From: a candidate division WWE3 bacterium
Lineage (GTDB): Bacteria; Patescibacteriota; WWE3; UBA101185; UBA10185
Direction of reading: 5' to 3'
DNA length: 64,000 nt
Assembly (NCBI GenBank): GCA_016182565.1
Contig: JACPGI010000004.1
Span: forward strand, 110,223 to 174,222
In this document: positions 20,790 through 30,525 of the stretch, one piece after another
Position numbering within the stretch: position 1 is the first letter of the stretch
Layout of the letters: each line of letters opens with the position of its first letter
Notes under the pieces: generated by a model
What the model was told of the DNA's origin: nothing
The model's input: only the letters and a program-made list of their open reading frames with translations
Databases searched by the model: none
Position numbers and translations under genes: made by a program

Positions 20790-20862
20790 CAGACCTTGAT
20801 TATATCAGCTTATTGTGTTTAAAGCTTGAAACCGTGTTTTTAGAGTTATTTTGAATTTTAGT

Positions 20863-21246
20863 TTAAATAAAGGTTCTAACTTCTGTAACAAGACTTCCCG
20901 GTGTCACATCAGATTTAATAATGTAGCCGTCTGCCCCATATTTAAAGGCATCTTTTATAATATTTTCGTTGTTTATATTTGTTAGCATCACTATCTTACC
21001 TTTCTTAAGATGCTCATCTGACATTACTTTCAAAATTGAAATTCCATCCTTTACCGGAAGCATGATATCAAGCAGTAAAAGATCCCAATTTATAGTCTTT
21101 ATAAGGTCAAGGCCAAGCTCTGCTTCTAAAGCAACTTGCACGTCAAAGCCCGCATCAAGAAGTACAGCAAGATAAAGTGTTCTAAGACTTACATCATCTT
21201 CGATTAGTATTATTACTTTTTTTCTGATGGGTTGAGTGGTTTCCAT
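20863..21246 (-). CDS. stand-alone response regulator receiver (CheY-like) domain protein
   Basis: 'ILIEDD', phospho-acceptor 'LLLLDIMLP', 'DGYIIKS' K-box. Confidence 0.85.
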   Translation of the reverse strand: METTQPIRKKVIILIEDDVSLRTLYLAVLLDAGFDVQVALEAELGLDLIKTINWDLLLLDIMLPVKDGISILKVMSDEHLKKGKIVMLTNINNENIIKDAFKYGADGYIIKSDVTPGSLVTEVRTFI

Positions 21247-21252
21247 AGAAAT

Positions 21253-21546
21253 CTATACTACAAGTTTAATCCTATCTGGTAAGAAGTTTTGAATATCGTT
21301 TTTTGGATATCGTTTAAATACTGACACACAAACCTCAACTGATGCTTGGCCAAAAACTTCCTCATATGACTTTATAAGTTTGTCGATTGTTAAAGAGGGA
21401 TTTGATCCAGGTATTGTGATTTCATCAATTTTATCAGATTTAAATATAATGGATCCTGTTATTTCAGCACGACTTCTTGCAAGTGGCTCCCCAATTATTA
21501 AGCTTTGTTCTTTAATAATGTCTACAACTAATTTTTCCGGTAGCAT
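21253..21546 (-). CDS. hypothetical protein co-transcribed with response regulator
   Basis: 97-aa ORF, 7-nt gap to REC gene. Confidence 0.4.
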   Translation of the reverse strand: MLPEKLVVDIIKEQSLIIGEPLARSRAEITGSIIFKSDKIDEITIPGSNPSLTIDKLIKSYEEVFGQASVEVCVSVFKRYPKNDIQNFLPDRIKLVV

Positions 21547-22355
21547 TAACTCTTGTCCTTTAGTTGAACGAATACACTTGAAAAGTCTAGGAATGCATAG
21601 GTCATTAAGATATAAGAAATAGCAAACATAAACTCACTGACATCTCCTTGGTACCAAGTCCCGTTTATGGATTTAAATAAAAATATCGAGTCAGCCATAT
21701 ATTGGAAAACTAGCGAAAATAATATAAAAATAACTCTTCTACGCATAATCCCACCTAAAATTTTTCCTGATAAGAAATAGGCCATAATTGCCATCGATAA
21801 GAACATAGCTTGACCTATTGGATAAGCAAAGTTGAGTAAAATTGCGATAGTGGATTGTCCCTCCATGGAGCTTCCATGGATAAACATATAGTAGGATATG
21901 ACAACCATCATTGCGGGAAAAAGCACGGAAATTAATCTATATTTAATGCTTTTTAATGCAATACCGGTTCCAGCAGCTTTAGCTATGTACCAAACACCTA
22001 ATATATAGCTTGGCATACTAATAAAAAAGAAAATTTCCCCATAAGATGGGTAAGAATTTTCAATATGATCTATGAGAAACTTTAAAGAATATGCGTTTTG
22101 GCCTAAAAATTGACAAAAAAGTCCGAAAGCAAAGAAAATCAAAGATTTACCCACATAACTTTTAAAACCACCCCATCTTTTTGATATAAAAAAGCCCAAT
22201 ATTCCACCGTAACCTGCTAAAATGCCATAAGTAAGCGAGTAGTTATGTCTTAATGTACCCTCTGGTTCAATATATAGCGCTAGATATATCCACCAAATAC
22301 AAAAAACTAGTGAAAGTATTGTATATATTGTAGTCGAGAGCTTTTTAAAATCCAT
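21546..22355 (-). CDS. polytopic membrane protein (hypothetical)
   Basis: ~8 TM helices. Confidence 0.5.
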   Translation of the reverse strand: MDFKKLSTTIYTILSLVFCIWWIYLALYIEPEGTLRHNYSLTYGILAGYGGILGFFISKRWGGFKSYVGKSLIFFAFGLFCQFLGQNAYSLKFLIDHIENSYPSYGEIFFFISMPSYILGVWYIAKAAGTGIALKSIKYRLISVLFPAMMVVISYYMFIHGSSMEGQSTIAILLNFAYPIGQAMFLSMAIMAYFLSGKILGGIMRRRVIFILFSLVFQYMADSIFLFKSINGTWYQGDVSEFMFAISYILMTYAFLDFSSVFVQLKDKS

Positions 22356-22388
22356 AATTCTATATAAATTCTAGTATATTTAGCTACT

Positions 22389-23315
22389 GTGTCAATGAGT
22401 GGGTGTTATAATTTTTATATGCCATCTGATTTTCCTACATACCCAAAATTTAAAATAGTGTCACTTGATGACTATGACATTTTTTCTGAATTTGAAAGTA
22501 AATTTCCAGCATACTCAGACTTTAACTTACTGAGCGTTTTATCTTGGAACGTGACTGGTCTTAATAGTTATTCAATACTAAATGGTAACTTAGTATTGAG
22601 GATTAAAGATTACCTTGGTGAAGGATTCTTACACTCTGTCTTAGGAGATAATAATATGGATATGACAATGAAAACACTTCTCTACGATTTAGGAGATTTA
22701 TTTTTTGTTCCTGAAACAAGTATTAATAGTTTAAAAAATAAAAGTGACTTTAATATTGAATCAAATAGAGATAATGACGATTATGTGTTATCAACTGAGC
22801 TTGTAACGAAACTAGATGGCGCAAAATTTAGAGATTTAAGACAAGATGTGGCTAAGTTTAAGAGGTTGTACCCAAGCTATGAGGTGAAATTAATTGATCT
22901 ACAAGATAAACATAGTATTACTGAGGTAACAAATCTAAATGGGGATTGGTTTAAACATAAAAGTTTTGATTTAAAAAAACAAGATGAGGAACATGTGATA
23001 TACCAAGCATTTTTTAAGTACTATAGAGAATTTAATTGTATAAATTTAGGGATTTTTATAGATAGTAAGCTAAGTGCATATGTGTTTAGTGAGGTAATAC
23101 CCTCGAAGATGGTTATTGCTCATTTTTCTGTTTCTAGTAAGGAGTTTGTCTGCAGTTCAAAAACACTTTTTTATGAAACATGTAGTTATTTGGATAAGTG
23201 TGGCTATAAATATTTAAATCTAGAGCAAGATACCGGTCTTGCCGGCCTTAGGAAGTTAAAACTATCATTCAATCCAGAATACTTTTTGAAAAAATTTAAT
23301 GTATCTTTAAGGTAA
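22389..23315 (+). CDS. DUF2156-like (MprF C-terminal, acyl-transferase fold) protein
   Basis: C-terminal 'GLAGLRKLKLSFNPEY' resembles the conserved DUF2156 terminus (GLxxFKxKFxPxW). Confidence 0.45.
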   Translation: MSMSGCYNFYMPSDFPTYPKFKIVSLDDYDIFSEFESKFPAYSDFNLLSVLSWNVTGLNSYSILNGNLVLRIKDYLGEGFLHSVLGDNNMDMTMKTLLYDLGDLFFVPETSINSLKNKSDFNIESNRDNDDYVLSTELVTKLDGAKFRDLRQDVAKFKRLYPSYEVKLIDLQDKHSITEVTNLNGDWFKHKSFDLKKQDEEHVIYQAFFKYYREFNCINLGIFIDSKLSAYVFSEVIPSKMVIAHFSVSSKEFVCSSKTLFYETCSYLDKCGYKYLNLEQDTGLAGLRKLKLSFNPEYFLKKFNVSLR

Positions 23316-23345
23316 TTTTTGTATTTATGGATATAACCTGACAAT

Positions 23346-24158
23346 TTAGACAGTTTTTCTGTAAGCTAAAATAACCATCTCGGGGTACATTGCAGCATGC
23401 CATTCATATTTTTCTAAAAATGTTTTTGGCAACTGTGGATAAAACTCTAGTACTTTTTCATAATTCATTTTTTTAAATATGTCATCAAAATAGGTTGGAT
23501 CTTTAATGTAAACTGGTATTTTGACACCGTCAAAGTTGCAAAAACCTTCGGTTGGGTTTTCTTCAGAATCAAAATCTTCAAATAAATCTTTGATTTTTAA
23601 AGATTCTATAACATGCCCTTTAGGAAAAACTGCAAAAAGCATGATCCCTTTAGGAACTAAAAATTTATCTAAATCCTTTACAATATCATCTATATTTTTA
23701 TTCCATTCAAACGAGTGCATCGCTGTAATGACATCCATTTGATTGTAAAAAATGGAACATTCCCCATCGGAGTCTACAAGCTCCTTCAGGCAGTATGATA
23801 TGTCATGTGGAGAATTTCCTTTTGCAATTTCAAGCATTGAATCTGATTTGTCCATGCCAACTACTTTGTGCCCCTTCATATGTAGGTTTTTACAAAACTC
23901 CCCTGTTCCGCATCCGAAATCCAAAATGTTAAGTTTATCTCTTCCAAGAAATTCCATTTGGTATTTTATTTGTTCAAAAAATACAGGCCAACCGACATAA
24001 ATATTTACTGCAGCGTCGGGGTGAATTTCGTCCATTGCCTTATGAGTATTGAATCGGTCTGCTAAATCATTATGTTTCCAGTCGTGATTAGAGGGATCTT
24101 CTATTTTTGAATTTAGTGGCATGCACATAAATATGCCTATAATTATGGTAGCAGTCAA
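23346..24158 (-). CDS. class I SAM-dependent methyltransferase
   Basis: motif I 'ILDFGCGTGEF', motif post-I 'VVGMDKS'. Confidence 0.8.
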   Translation of the reverse strand: MTATIIIGIFMCMPLNSKIEDPSNHDWKHNDLADRFNTHKAMDEIHPDAAVNIYVGWPVFFEQIKYQMEFLGRDKLNILDFGCGTGEFCKNLHMKGHKVVGMDKSDSMLEIAKGNSPHDISYCLKELVDSDGECSIFYNQMDVITAMHSFEWNKNIDDIVKDLDKFLVPKGIMLFAVFPKGHVIESLKIKDLFEDFDSEENPTEGFCNFDGVKIPVYIKDPTYFDDIFKKMNYEKVLEFYPQLPKTFLEKYEWHAAMYPEMVILAYRKTV

Positions 24159-24189
24159 TCAGCAATTTTTATGTATAATTTAAGTAATT

Positions 24190-25347
24190 ATGCCCAATGA
24201 TTTTGATACTACCCAACAATCCATAACCCAGGAGATTTATAAGCGTAATCGTGAACTTCTTAAAGAGCGTCGTCATGCTGAGGAACTTTTATACAATGTT
24301 TCCGAAGGGATATTTGCAGTTGATAAAGAATTCACAATCACAATTTTTGATAATGCACTTGAGAATATGCTTGGACTTCCAGATAGTAGTGCAATTGGTA
24401 AAAAAATAGATCAAGTAATTTTTATTGAAACAGAAAAAGGTGAAAAAATCGATCTTAAGCAATACTGTTTTATACCCCCACAAAAAATGCCTGTTTTATA
24501 TGATGTTGTACTAAAGGGCACAGCTAAAAACTATTATGTAAATGTAAAATTTTCGGTTATAGAGTCTGAATCTGATCCAAATTCATCTGAGTGTCTTATC
24601 ACACTTACTGATATTACAAAAGAAATTATGCTTGATAAGGCAAAAGATGACTTTATATCACTTGCTTCCCATGAGCTCAAAACCCCACTTACAATAATTA
24701 AAGGTTATTTGTGGATGGTTCAAAGTAAATCTATGGGTGAATTAAATGATGAGCAGGTTAGATATCTTGACGTGGCTTTTAACAGCACTGAGCAGATGAT
24801 TTCAATGGTAGATGATATGTTAAATATATCTCGTATGGAGCAAGGTAGACTTAGCTTTAACATAAAGCCTGGTAAAATTATAAAAATTATTCGTGATCTT
24901 CTTTCCCCATTTGACTTACAGGTTCAGGAAAAAAAGATATATTTAAAACTTGATCTTATAAATTGTGACGATGAATTAGATGCCTATTATGATGAAGGTA
25001 AATTCAAGGAATGCATTATAAACCTTGTGGGAAATGCCGTTAAGTTCACTAAAGAAGGTGGTGTTACAGTAAAAGTGGAAAATACACCCGAAAACATAAA
25101 GATATCTGTGATTGATACTGGGGTAGGTATTGCAGAAGAAGAAATTCCAAAACTTTATTCTAAATTTGGCAAAGGTGAAACATCATACAAAAAAATTGCT
25201 AAGACTGGTGGTACTGGGCTTGGTTTATACATTGTAAAGATATTTGTGGAGGCAATGGGAGGACATGTAGGTTATTCCTCACCTGGAGATTTCAAAGGCA
25301 GTATATTCTGGTTTACAATCCCAAATCACACGATTTTACACAATTAA
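24190..25347 (+). CDS. PAS-domain sensor histidine kinase (cytoplasmic)
   Basis: H-box 'SHELKTPL', N-box 'NLVGNAVKFT', G-boxes 'DTGVGI','GGTGLGLYIVK'. Confidence 0.9.
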   Translation: MPNDFDTTQQSITQEIYKRNRELLKERRHAEELLYNVSEGIFAVDKEFTITIFDNALENMLGLPDSSAIGKKIDQVIFIETEKGEKIDLKQYCFIPPQKMPVLYDVVLKGTAKNYYVNVKFSVIESESDPNSSECLITLTDITKEIMLDKAKDDFISLASHELKTPLTIIKGYLWMVQSKSMGELNDEQVRYLDVAFNSTEQMISMVDDMLNISRMEQGRLSFNIKPGKIIKIIRDLLSPFDLQVQEKKIYLKLDLINCDDELDAYYDEGKFKECIINLVGNAVKFTKEGGVTVKVENTPENIKISVIDTGVGIAEEEIPKLYSKFGKGETSYKKIAKTGGTGLGLYIVKIFVEAMGGHVGYSSPGDFKGSIFWFTIPNHTILHN

Positions 25348-26210
25348 AGGAACCCAAGAATAAGAACACCTGAAAAAGCTATTCCCGCAGTAATGAATTT
25401 TCTTGCTACACCGTCTTTGTGTTTATATATAAAGTATTCAAAGAGAATGATTAAAAATACCTGAGAATTATTTATTGCATCAATTCTTCCTACTTCACCT
25501 CCTACAGAATATGCCATGAAAGTACAAAAGTTATAAATTAAATAACCAACACCAGATAAAACAATTGGTTTATAGTGGAAAAATCTAGCACTTTTTATAG
25601 ATTCGACAACTACTTTTGAGTTTATTAAAAAGCCAAACAACGCAACAAGTAAGCAAACCCAGAAAAGATAAATTGCTGGGTGTACATCAAAAATGACCCT
25701 TTTATCTAGTGTGTAAGATAAACCAAACATAAGCCCTGCAATAAGTCCATAATAATGGTTTTTTTCAAGTTGAAAGTTTTTGTAATTAAGGCTAATTATG
25801 GCAAGAAGTATCAGTGCTATTCCAAGTAGTTTGTATAAATAAAAACCCTCTTGAAAAAATATGATACCAAGAGTAGTTGAAACTACAGTTGATAAAGAGA
25901 TAAATATTGATGAGATACTTATGTTCTCCACTCGAAAACTTTTTAAATAAAAAAGCATGCTAAATGAGCCAAGTATTGCTACAAATATAATATAAGGCAG
26001 TGTACTTAACGAGTTAAATATTATAAAAAGTTGATCTTTTAAGCCGCTTAATAAAATAAATGGAAGAATTAAAATCGCTTGCACCAAAAATACTAAAATG
26101 GTACTGGTTCTTTCTTTAAAGTGTCCTTCGGAATGAAGCAGGTGCTGTTGCGCAAGTTCTGCTGTTGCTAGTGCTGTTATTGAAAGTAGACTAAAAATAA
26201 ACCATGTCAT
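25344..26210 (-). CDS. EamA/DMT-superfamily transporter
   Basis: 10 TM segments in two 5-TM halves; ~290 aa. Confidence 0.6.
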   Translation of the reverse strand: MTWFIFSLLSITALATAELAQQHLLHSEGHFKERTSTILVFLVQAILILPFILLSGLKDQLFIIFNSLSTLPYIIFVAILGSFSMLFYLKSFRVENISISSIFISLSTVVSTTLGIIFFQEGFYLYKLLGIALILLAIISLNYKNFQLEKNHYYGLIAGLMFGLSYTLDKRVIFDVHPAIYLFWVCLLVALFGFLINSKVVVESIKSARFFHYKPIVLSGVGYLIYNFCTFMAYSVGGEVGRIDAINNSQVFLIILFEYFIYKHKDGVARKFITAGIAFSGVLILGFL

Positions 26211-27850
26211 GCAGTTAATGCCTTAAAGAAGCTTTCCTTGTGATTTAAATCTACATTTATTACTTTAAGAGATTTATTTTTTATTATAAATGCACTTTTA
26301 ATGTTTATTTGAGTAATAAAATCGATGTTGTGAGAAATAAGCACTATAGCCCCTCGAAAGTTGTTTAAAGATTTTACAAGCACTTCGACTGTAGCTACAT
26401 CAAGGTTGTTTGTAGGCTCATCCAGAACAATAAGATCGATAGCAAAAGAAGTAATCATGGCCATAATAAGCCTTACCATTTCACCGCCACTTAAGTTTCC
26501 AGCAGGCTTCTCCATTTCATGTTCTGTTTTAAACTGAAATTTACCAAGTTGCTCTTTGGCTTTTTGTTCTGTAACAGAAGTATTATATTTTAATAAGTTT
26601 TGAATAAGACTTAAGTTTGGGTCAATTAAACTATACTGCTGGTCTATATATACCCATGAAAGATTATTTCCGAAATACACTTCCCCATCTACAGATGCAC
26701 TAGTTTCTATTTTTATGTTTGGAACATTCGTACTCTTTTTAACCAATGCTTTTATAAGGCTGGTTTTGCCTGTGCCGTTATCGCCAGAAATTAAAACTCT
26801 ATCCCCGTAAGTTATTTTAAGATTTATTTTTTCTACATATTTTTTGCTACCGATTGAGAGTGTGCCATCAGTTACCTCTAATATTGTTCGGTTAGTATTT
26901 TCTGAAGTATTTTTCATGTTTATAAAGGCAAGTCTTCTTTCTTCAGTTTCAAAATCGACAAGTTTTTGTTCTGCTTCTTCTTTAAGTTTTTCTATGATGC
27001 TACTTTTACTATGTTGCAAAGATGATGCTGCATTTTTACCTTCACTATATGCAGTTTTATCTATGCTTCCTTTGATGAATGCTCTTTTTGCCTCATTTGC
27101 TTTTTTGGCATGTTTTTCTTGTTCCTGTTGCTCAAGATTTTCAGCTCTTTCTAACTTTTCTTTTGCTAGTTCATATTGTTTTCGTATACCTTTTAGGTGG
27201 AGTTCTTTTTGCTCTTTATAAAATGAATAGTTACCACCATAAGATGTGATCTTCTGATTTTCTAGTTCCCAAATAGTGTCTACTACTTGATCAAGAAAAT
27301 AAGTATCGTGGGACACAATGATGTAAGTAAGTTTTCCTTTTGTGTCGTTTTTTATAAATTCAATAAGAGTGTTTACTGAGCGAACATCAAGGTGATTTGT
27401 AGGTTCATCTAGTATTAATACGTCGGGGTTGTGCTTTAGGGCAATGGCAAGATTTAGTTTCATTAATTCACCACCGCTTAAGTTTTTAATTTCTGATTCA
27501 ATTTCTACGGACATGCCAAAGAACTTTTCTAATACTGGTAGCACGTCCCACCACTCTTCATAAAATTTTGCTATATATTCATGAATTTTTAGGCCATCTT
27601 TATGAACTGATAGGTCAACCTGCTGTACATAATAGGCATTGCAATTGATGGTTTGATCCCCCTCTTCTACTGCAAGTTTTCCCGTAAGAAGTTTTAAAAG
27701 TGTACTTTTCCCACTACCGTTTGCACCTACTATTGCTGTCCTGTCGCCTTGTTTTACAGTAAGTTTTATGTCGTTAAACAGGTAGTCAGTACTGCCCAGG
27801 TACTTAAAAGATACATTATTTAGTTGAATTAGTAGTTTTTTGTTTTCCAT
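26207..27850 (-). CDS. ABC-F family ATPase (two ABC domains, extended charged interdomain linker; ARE-like)
   Basis: Walker A 'GANGSGKST' and 'GDNGTGKTS', two 'LSGGE' signatures, no TM domain, ~90-aa K/E-rich linker. Confidence 0.85.
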   Translation of the reverse strand: MENKKLLIQLNNVSFKYLGSTDYLFNDIKLTVKQGDRTAIVGANGSGKSTLLKLLTGKLAVEEGDQTINCNAYYVQQVDLSVHKDGLKIHEYIAKFYEEWWDVLPVLEKFFGMSVEIESEIKNLSGGELMKLNLAIALKHNPDVLILDEPTNHLDVRSVNTLIEFIKNDTKGKLTYIIVSHDTYFLDQVVDTIWELENQKITSYGGNYSFYKEQKELHLKGIRKQYELAKEKLERAENLEQQEQEKHAKKANEAKRAFIKGSIDKTAYSEGKNAASSLQHSKSSIIEKLKEEAEQKLVDFETEERRLAFINMKNTSENTNRTILEVTDGTLSIGSKKYVEKINLKITYGDRVLISGDNGTGKTSLIKALVKKSTNVPNIKIETSASVDGEVYFGNNLSWVYIDQQYSLIDPNLSLIQNLLKYNTSVTEQKAKEQLGKFQFKTEHEMEKPAGNLSGGEMVRLIMAMITSFAIDLIVLDEPTNNLDVATVEVLVKSLNNFRGAIVLISHNIDFITQINIKSAFIIKNKSLKVINVDLNHKESFFKALTA

Positions 27851-28227
27851 AGTCTATTTTTAGCTTTACAACCCTTTTTGAGCTAAATTACTATGATATT
27901 GTAGCACTGCGGGAGTATATTGGAGTTAATAATTGGGATGAGAGTGTTGAGTGATTCAGGAACTCATCCTCAATGTAGACTTCGTCCGACTTTACGGCAT
28001 TAACTGACTTGTAACGTTGCTACCGCTATAATTCTCCCTATGCGAGCGGTGATCACCTTTTTCATCTGTTTTTCATAGAATAGTTTAAATTGTAGCTACA
28101 GTTTATGGTTTATTTATCCAAAAGAGTAAGGTGAAGCCGTAGCTGTTGTATAAGTCTTACTACTATTTTACTATTACAAACGCAACACTCTCATGGGTAA
28201 CATACCAGCGATTTCACAAATAGTAAA

Positions 28228-28509
28228 CTAAACAGAAGACCCACTCTTAGTTATTAAGCTCTCTTTTTCTATCCTTGTTAGTCTTTTAATTACGTGTTCA
28301 CGTTTTAGAGCATCGCTTAAAGTTTGATAAGTCTCAAAGTACTCTAAAGATACAGGCCTTCTTCCTAGGGTATATCTGGCACCAATTTTAGATGTGTTGT
28401 GTGATTTAATTCTTTTTTCAAGATTTGTAGTATAACCACAGTAATATGTACCATCGTTACATTTAAGGATATAGACAAAATAGTTCATTTTATGTTGAGG
28501 GAATTGCAT
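28228..28509 (-). CDS. stand-alone GIY-YIG nuclease-domain protein (YhbQ/COG2827-like)
   Basis: 'YVYILKCNDGTYYCGYTTNLEKRIKSHN' GIY-YIG core. Confidence 0.8.
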   Translation of the reverse strand: MQFPQHKMNYFVYILKCNDGTYYCGYTTNLEKRIKSHNTSKIGARYTLGRRPVSLEYFETYQTLSDALKREHVIKRLTRIEKESLITKSGSSV

Positions 28510-28702
28510 CCAGTTTGTATCATAGATTATCTTGCATAGGGCACCCTATTCCAATTTATAAGTTTGATTTCTGGTTCCTTCTATAATTCCACTGTTTACG
28601 GAGAAATATTTACCAAAATCATCAGCATTTATTATCAGGTACTTCACTATCTGATTATACTATATTGCATGTTTTGGTCTCATACCTATCAGATAATACT
28701 TT

Positions 28703-29218
28703 TTGGAGTTCAGCTTGTTATACTGGAAATATATGATTTTAGTAAAAATCTTGTTGATTATTAGTTATATCCCGCTATTAATACTGTATAAAAATGCATT
28801 GGCACACTTTAACTTACTAACTAACGATTTGAGCCAATATCAAATAAAACATAAAACGGAGTTTAGTACTCACATGTACATATCTTTATTTTTTTATGTT
28901 TTATCATTGTTAATTTTTATTTTCACTCAAGTCTATAATTTAAAGTTATTTTTAAGTCTTTTTTCTACAATATTTGGTGTGATTTTGTATGCAAGATTCA
29001 CACTGATAGAAAATAAAACAGCACACTATCTTGGAGTTGCATTTTGGGCTTTAGGTGTGATTATATGGGGAAGTTATTTTTATACTCCTGGCATACTTTT
29101 GTGTCTGTGTATAACCTTAATAACGCTTTCTATACTGTACAAGAAAAATTACCTTTCTACTTTTCCTATGATTTTACTAATTCAGGTCAGTTTAATTATT
29201 GGTGTTTTGAGTAGCTAA
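28703..29218 (+). CDS. polytopic membrane protein (hypothetical)
   Basis: 5-6 TM helices. Confidence 0.45.
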   Translation: MEFSLLYWKYMILVKILLIISYIPLLILYKNALAHFNLLTNDLSQYQIKHKTEFSTHMYISLFFYVLSLLIFIFTQVYNLKLFLSLFSTIFGVILYARFTLIENKTAHYLGVAFWALGVIIWGSYFYTPGILLCLCITLITLSILYKKNYLSTFPMILLIQVSLIIGVLSS

Positions 29219-29244
29219 TTTAAAAAATTTGATACAATTCCTAT

Positions 29245-29695
29245 ATGCCAGAAATAAAAGACTTAATTACAAAATACCTAGAAGAAGCCCGTTTAATGCA
29301 AGTTGCGACCTCTATAAATAATCAACCTTGGGCCTGTTCAGTTTATTTTGTATTTGATAACGATTTTAATCTTTATTGGATTTCCACACCAAAAAGGAGA
29401 CATTCCTTAGAAATTAAAGAGAACTCAAAAGTTGCAGGAACTATAGTTTTACCACACACCAGGAGATGACGTTCGAGGAATTCAATTTCAAGGAACTGCA
29501 CTAGAGCTTAAAGGTAAAGAGGCATTGTCAGCTATGCTTTTATATGCGAAAAGATTTGCAATGCCAATGCTTAGAGTAAATAAAATAATTGCACACAAAG
29601 ATGCCCATGTATGCTACAAGATTAAACCAGAACTAATAGTGCTTTTTGATGAAGTGAATTTTCCAAAAGAACCAAGACAAGAATTTAGGTTATAA
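29245..29695 (+). pseudogene. pyridoxamine 5'-phosphate oxidase (PNPOx)-family FMN-binding protein, apparently frameshifted near 29455-29470
   Basis: 74-aa ORF ends at 29469; translation continues in another frame ('GDDVRGIQFQGTALELKGKEALSAMLLYAKRF...') to ~29695, completing a PNPOx-like fold. Confidence 0.5.
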
Positions 29696-29728
29696 AATCT
29701 CATCCATACTAATTGCAGTCCAAAGTTA

Positions 29729-30520
29729 CTAGTTATATTGGAGTTTTGCAGTACCCATATAGTGATCGGTCATAGTCTTTACAACTTCACTACTTACAAC
29801 TTCAAATTCTTTTGAAGCTAATATGTGATCAGACTTTGTGTTCCATCCTGAAGCTCGTACTCTTGTTATTTCGTCTGGCAAACATTCTTTAAGTTGTAAG
29901 CTTTTATCAGCAAATAATTTTGGCATTTGGATATCTATTTCACCAAACTGTAAGTCCCCTCCTAACACAAGTGGAGCTTTTAGTTCATCTACAATTGAGT
30001 CGGCAATTATTTTGGCGTACTTACCTCCCTCACCTTCAGTATATTTATATCCCCAATAGTGCAGTGGTTGAAGCTGCGTAGTTACCACATTTACACCATC
30101 TATTTCACCCAAAAGATAAAACTTATCAAATCTTTGAGCGACGCGTCCGTCTTTGAAGATAAGTTCAAAATCAGGATAGGGTTGAGTAATTGTTCGAAAG
30201 TTTGTAATTGGTGTTTTTGAAATAATTGAGCAGCAAAGATTTTCTCCAGTAGAAACATGATCAGGACTCATTACACTGTTTTCAAAATACGAAAATCCGA
30301 GAAGTTTTGCTATTTGTTCTGCCTGTACTCTCTCTCTAGATTCAAGTGTTTCTTGCAGCAAAACTATGTCTGGATTTGTTTTGATAAGATTCTCCGCAAT
30401 GTAGTTTAAATCTTCATCTGAATAATCCCAGTTTTCTAAAGAATTAATTTTTCTTCCACCACCTATGTTCCAAGTTGTTATTGTTATAAATTTTGGTTCT
30501 GCCATTGCTAAATTATACAA
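29729..30520 (-). CDS. endonuclease/exonuclease/phosphatase (EEP) family protein
   Basis: 'ITITTWNIGGG', 'DIVLLQET', C-terminal 'SDH' motifs. Confidence 0.75.
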   Translation of the reverse strand: MYNLAMAEPKFITITTWNIGGGRKINSLENWDYSDEDLNYIAENLIKTNPDIVLLQETLESRERVQAEQIAKLLGFSYFENSVMSPDHVSTGENLCCSIISKTPITNFRTITQPYPDFELIFKDGRVAQRFDKFYLLGEIDGVNVVTTQLQPLHYWGYKYTEGEGGKYAKIIADSIVDELKAPLVLGGDLQFGEIDIQMPKLFADKSLQLKECLPDEITRVRASGWNTKSDHILASKEFEVVSSEVVKTMTDHYMGTAKLQYN

Positions 30521-30525
30521 CTAGT

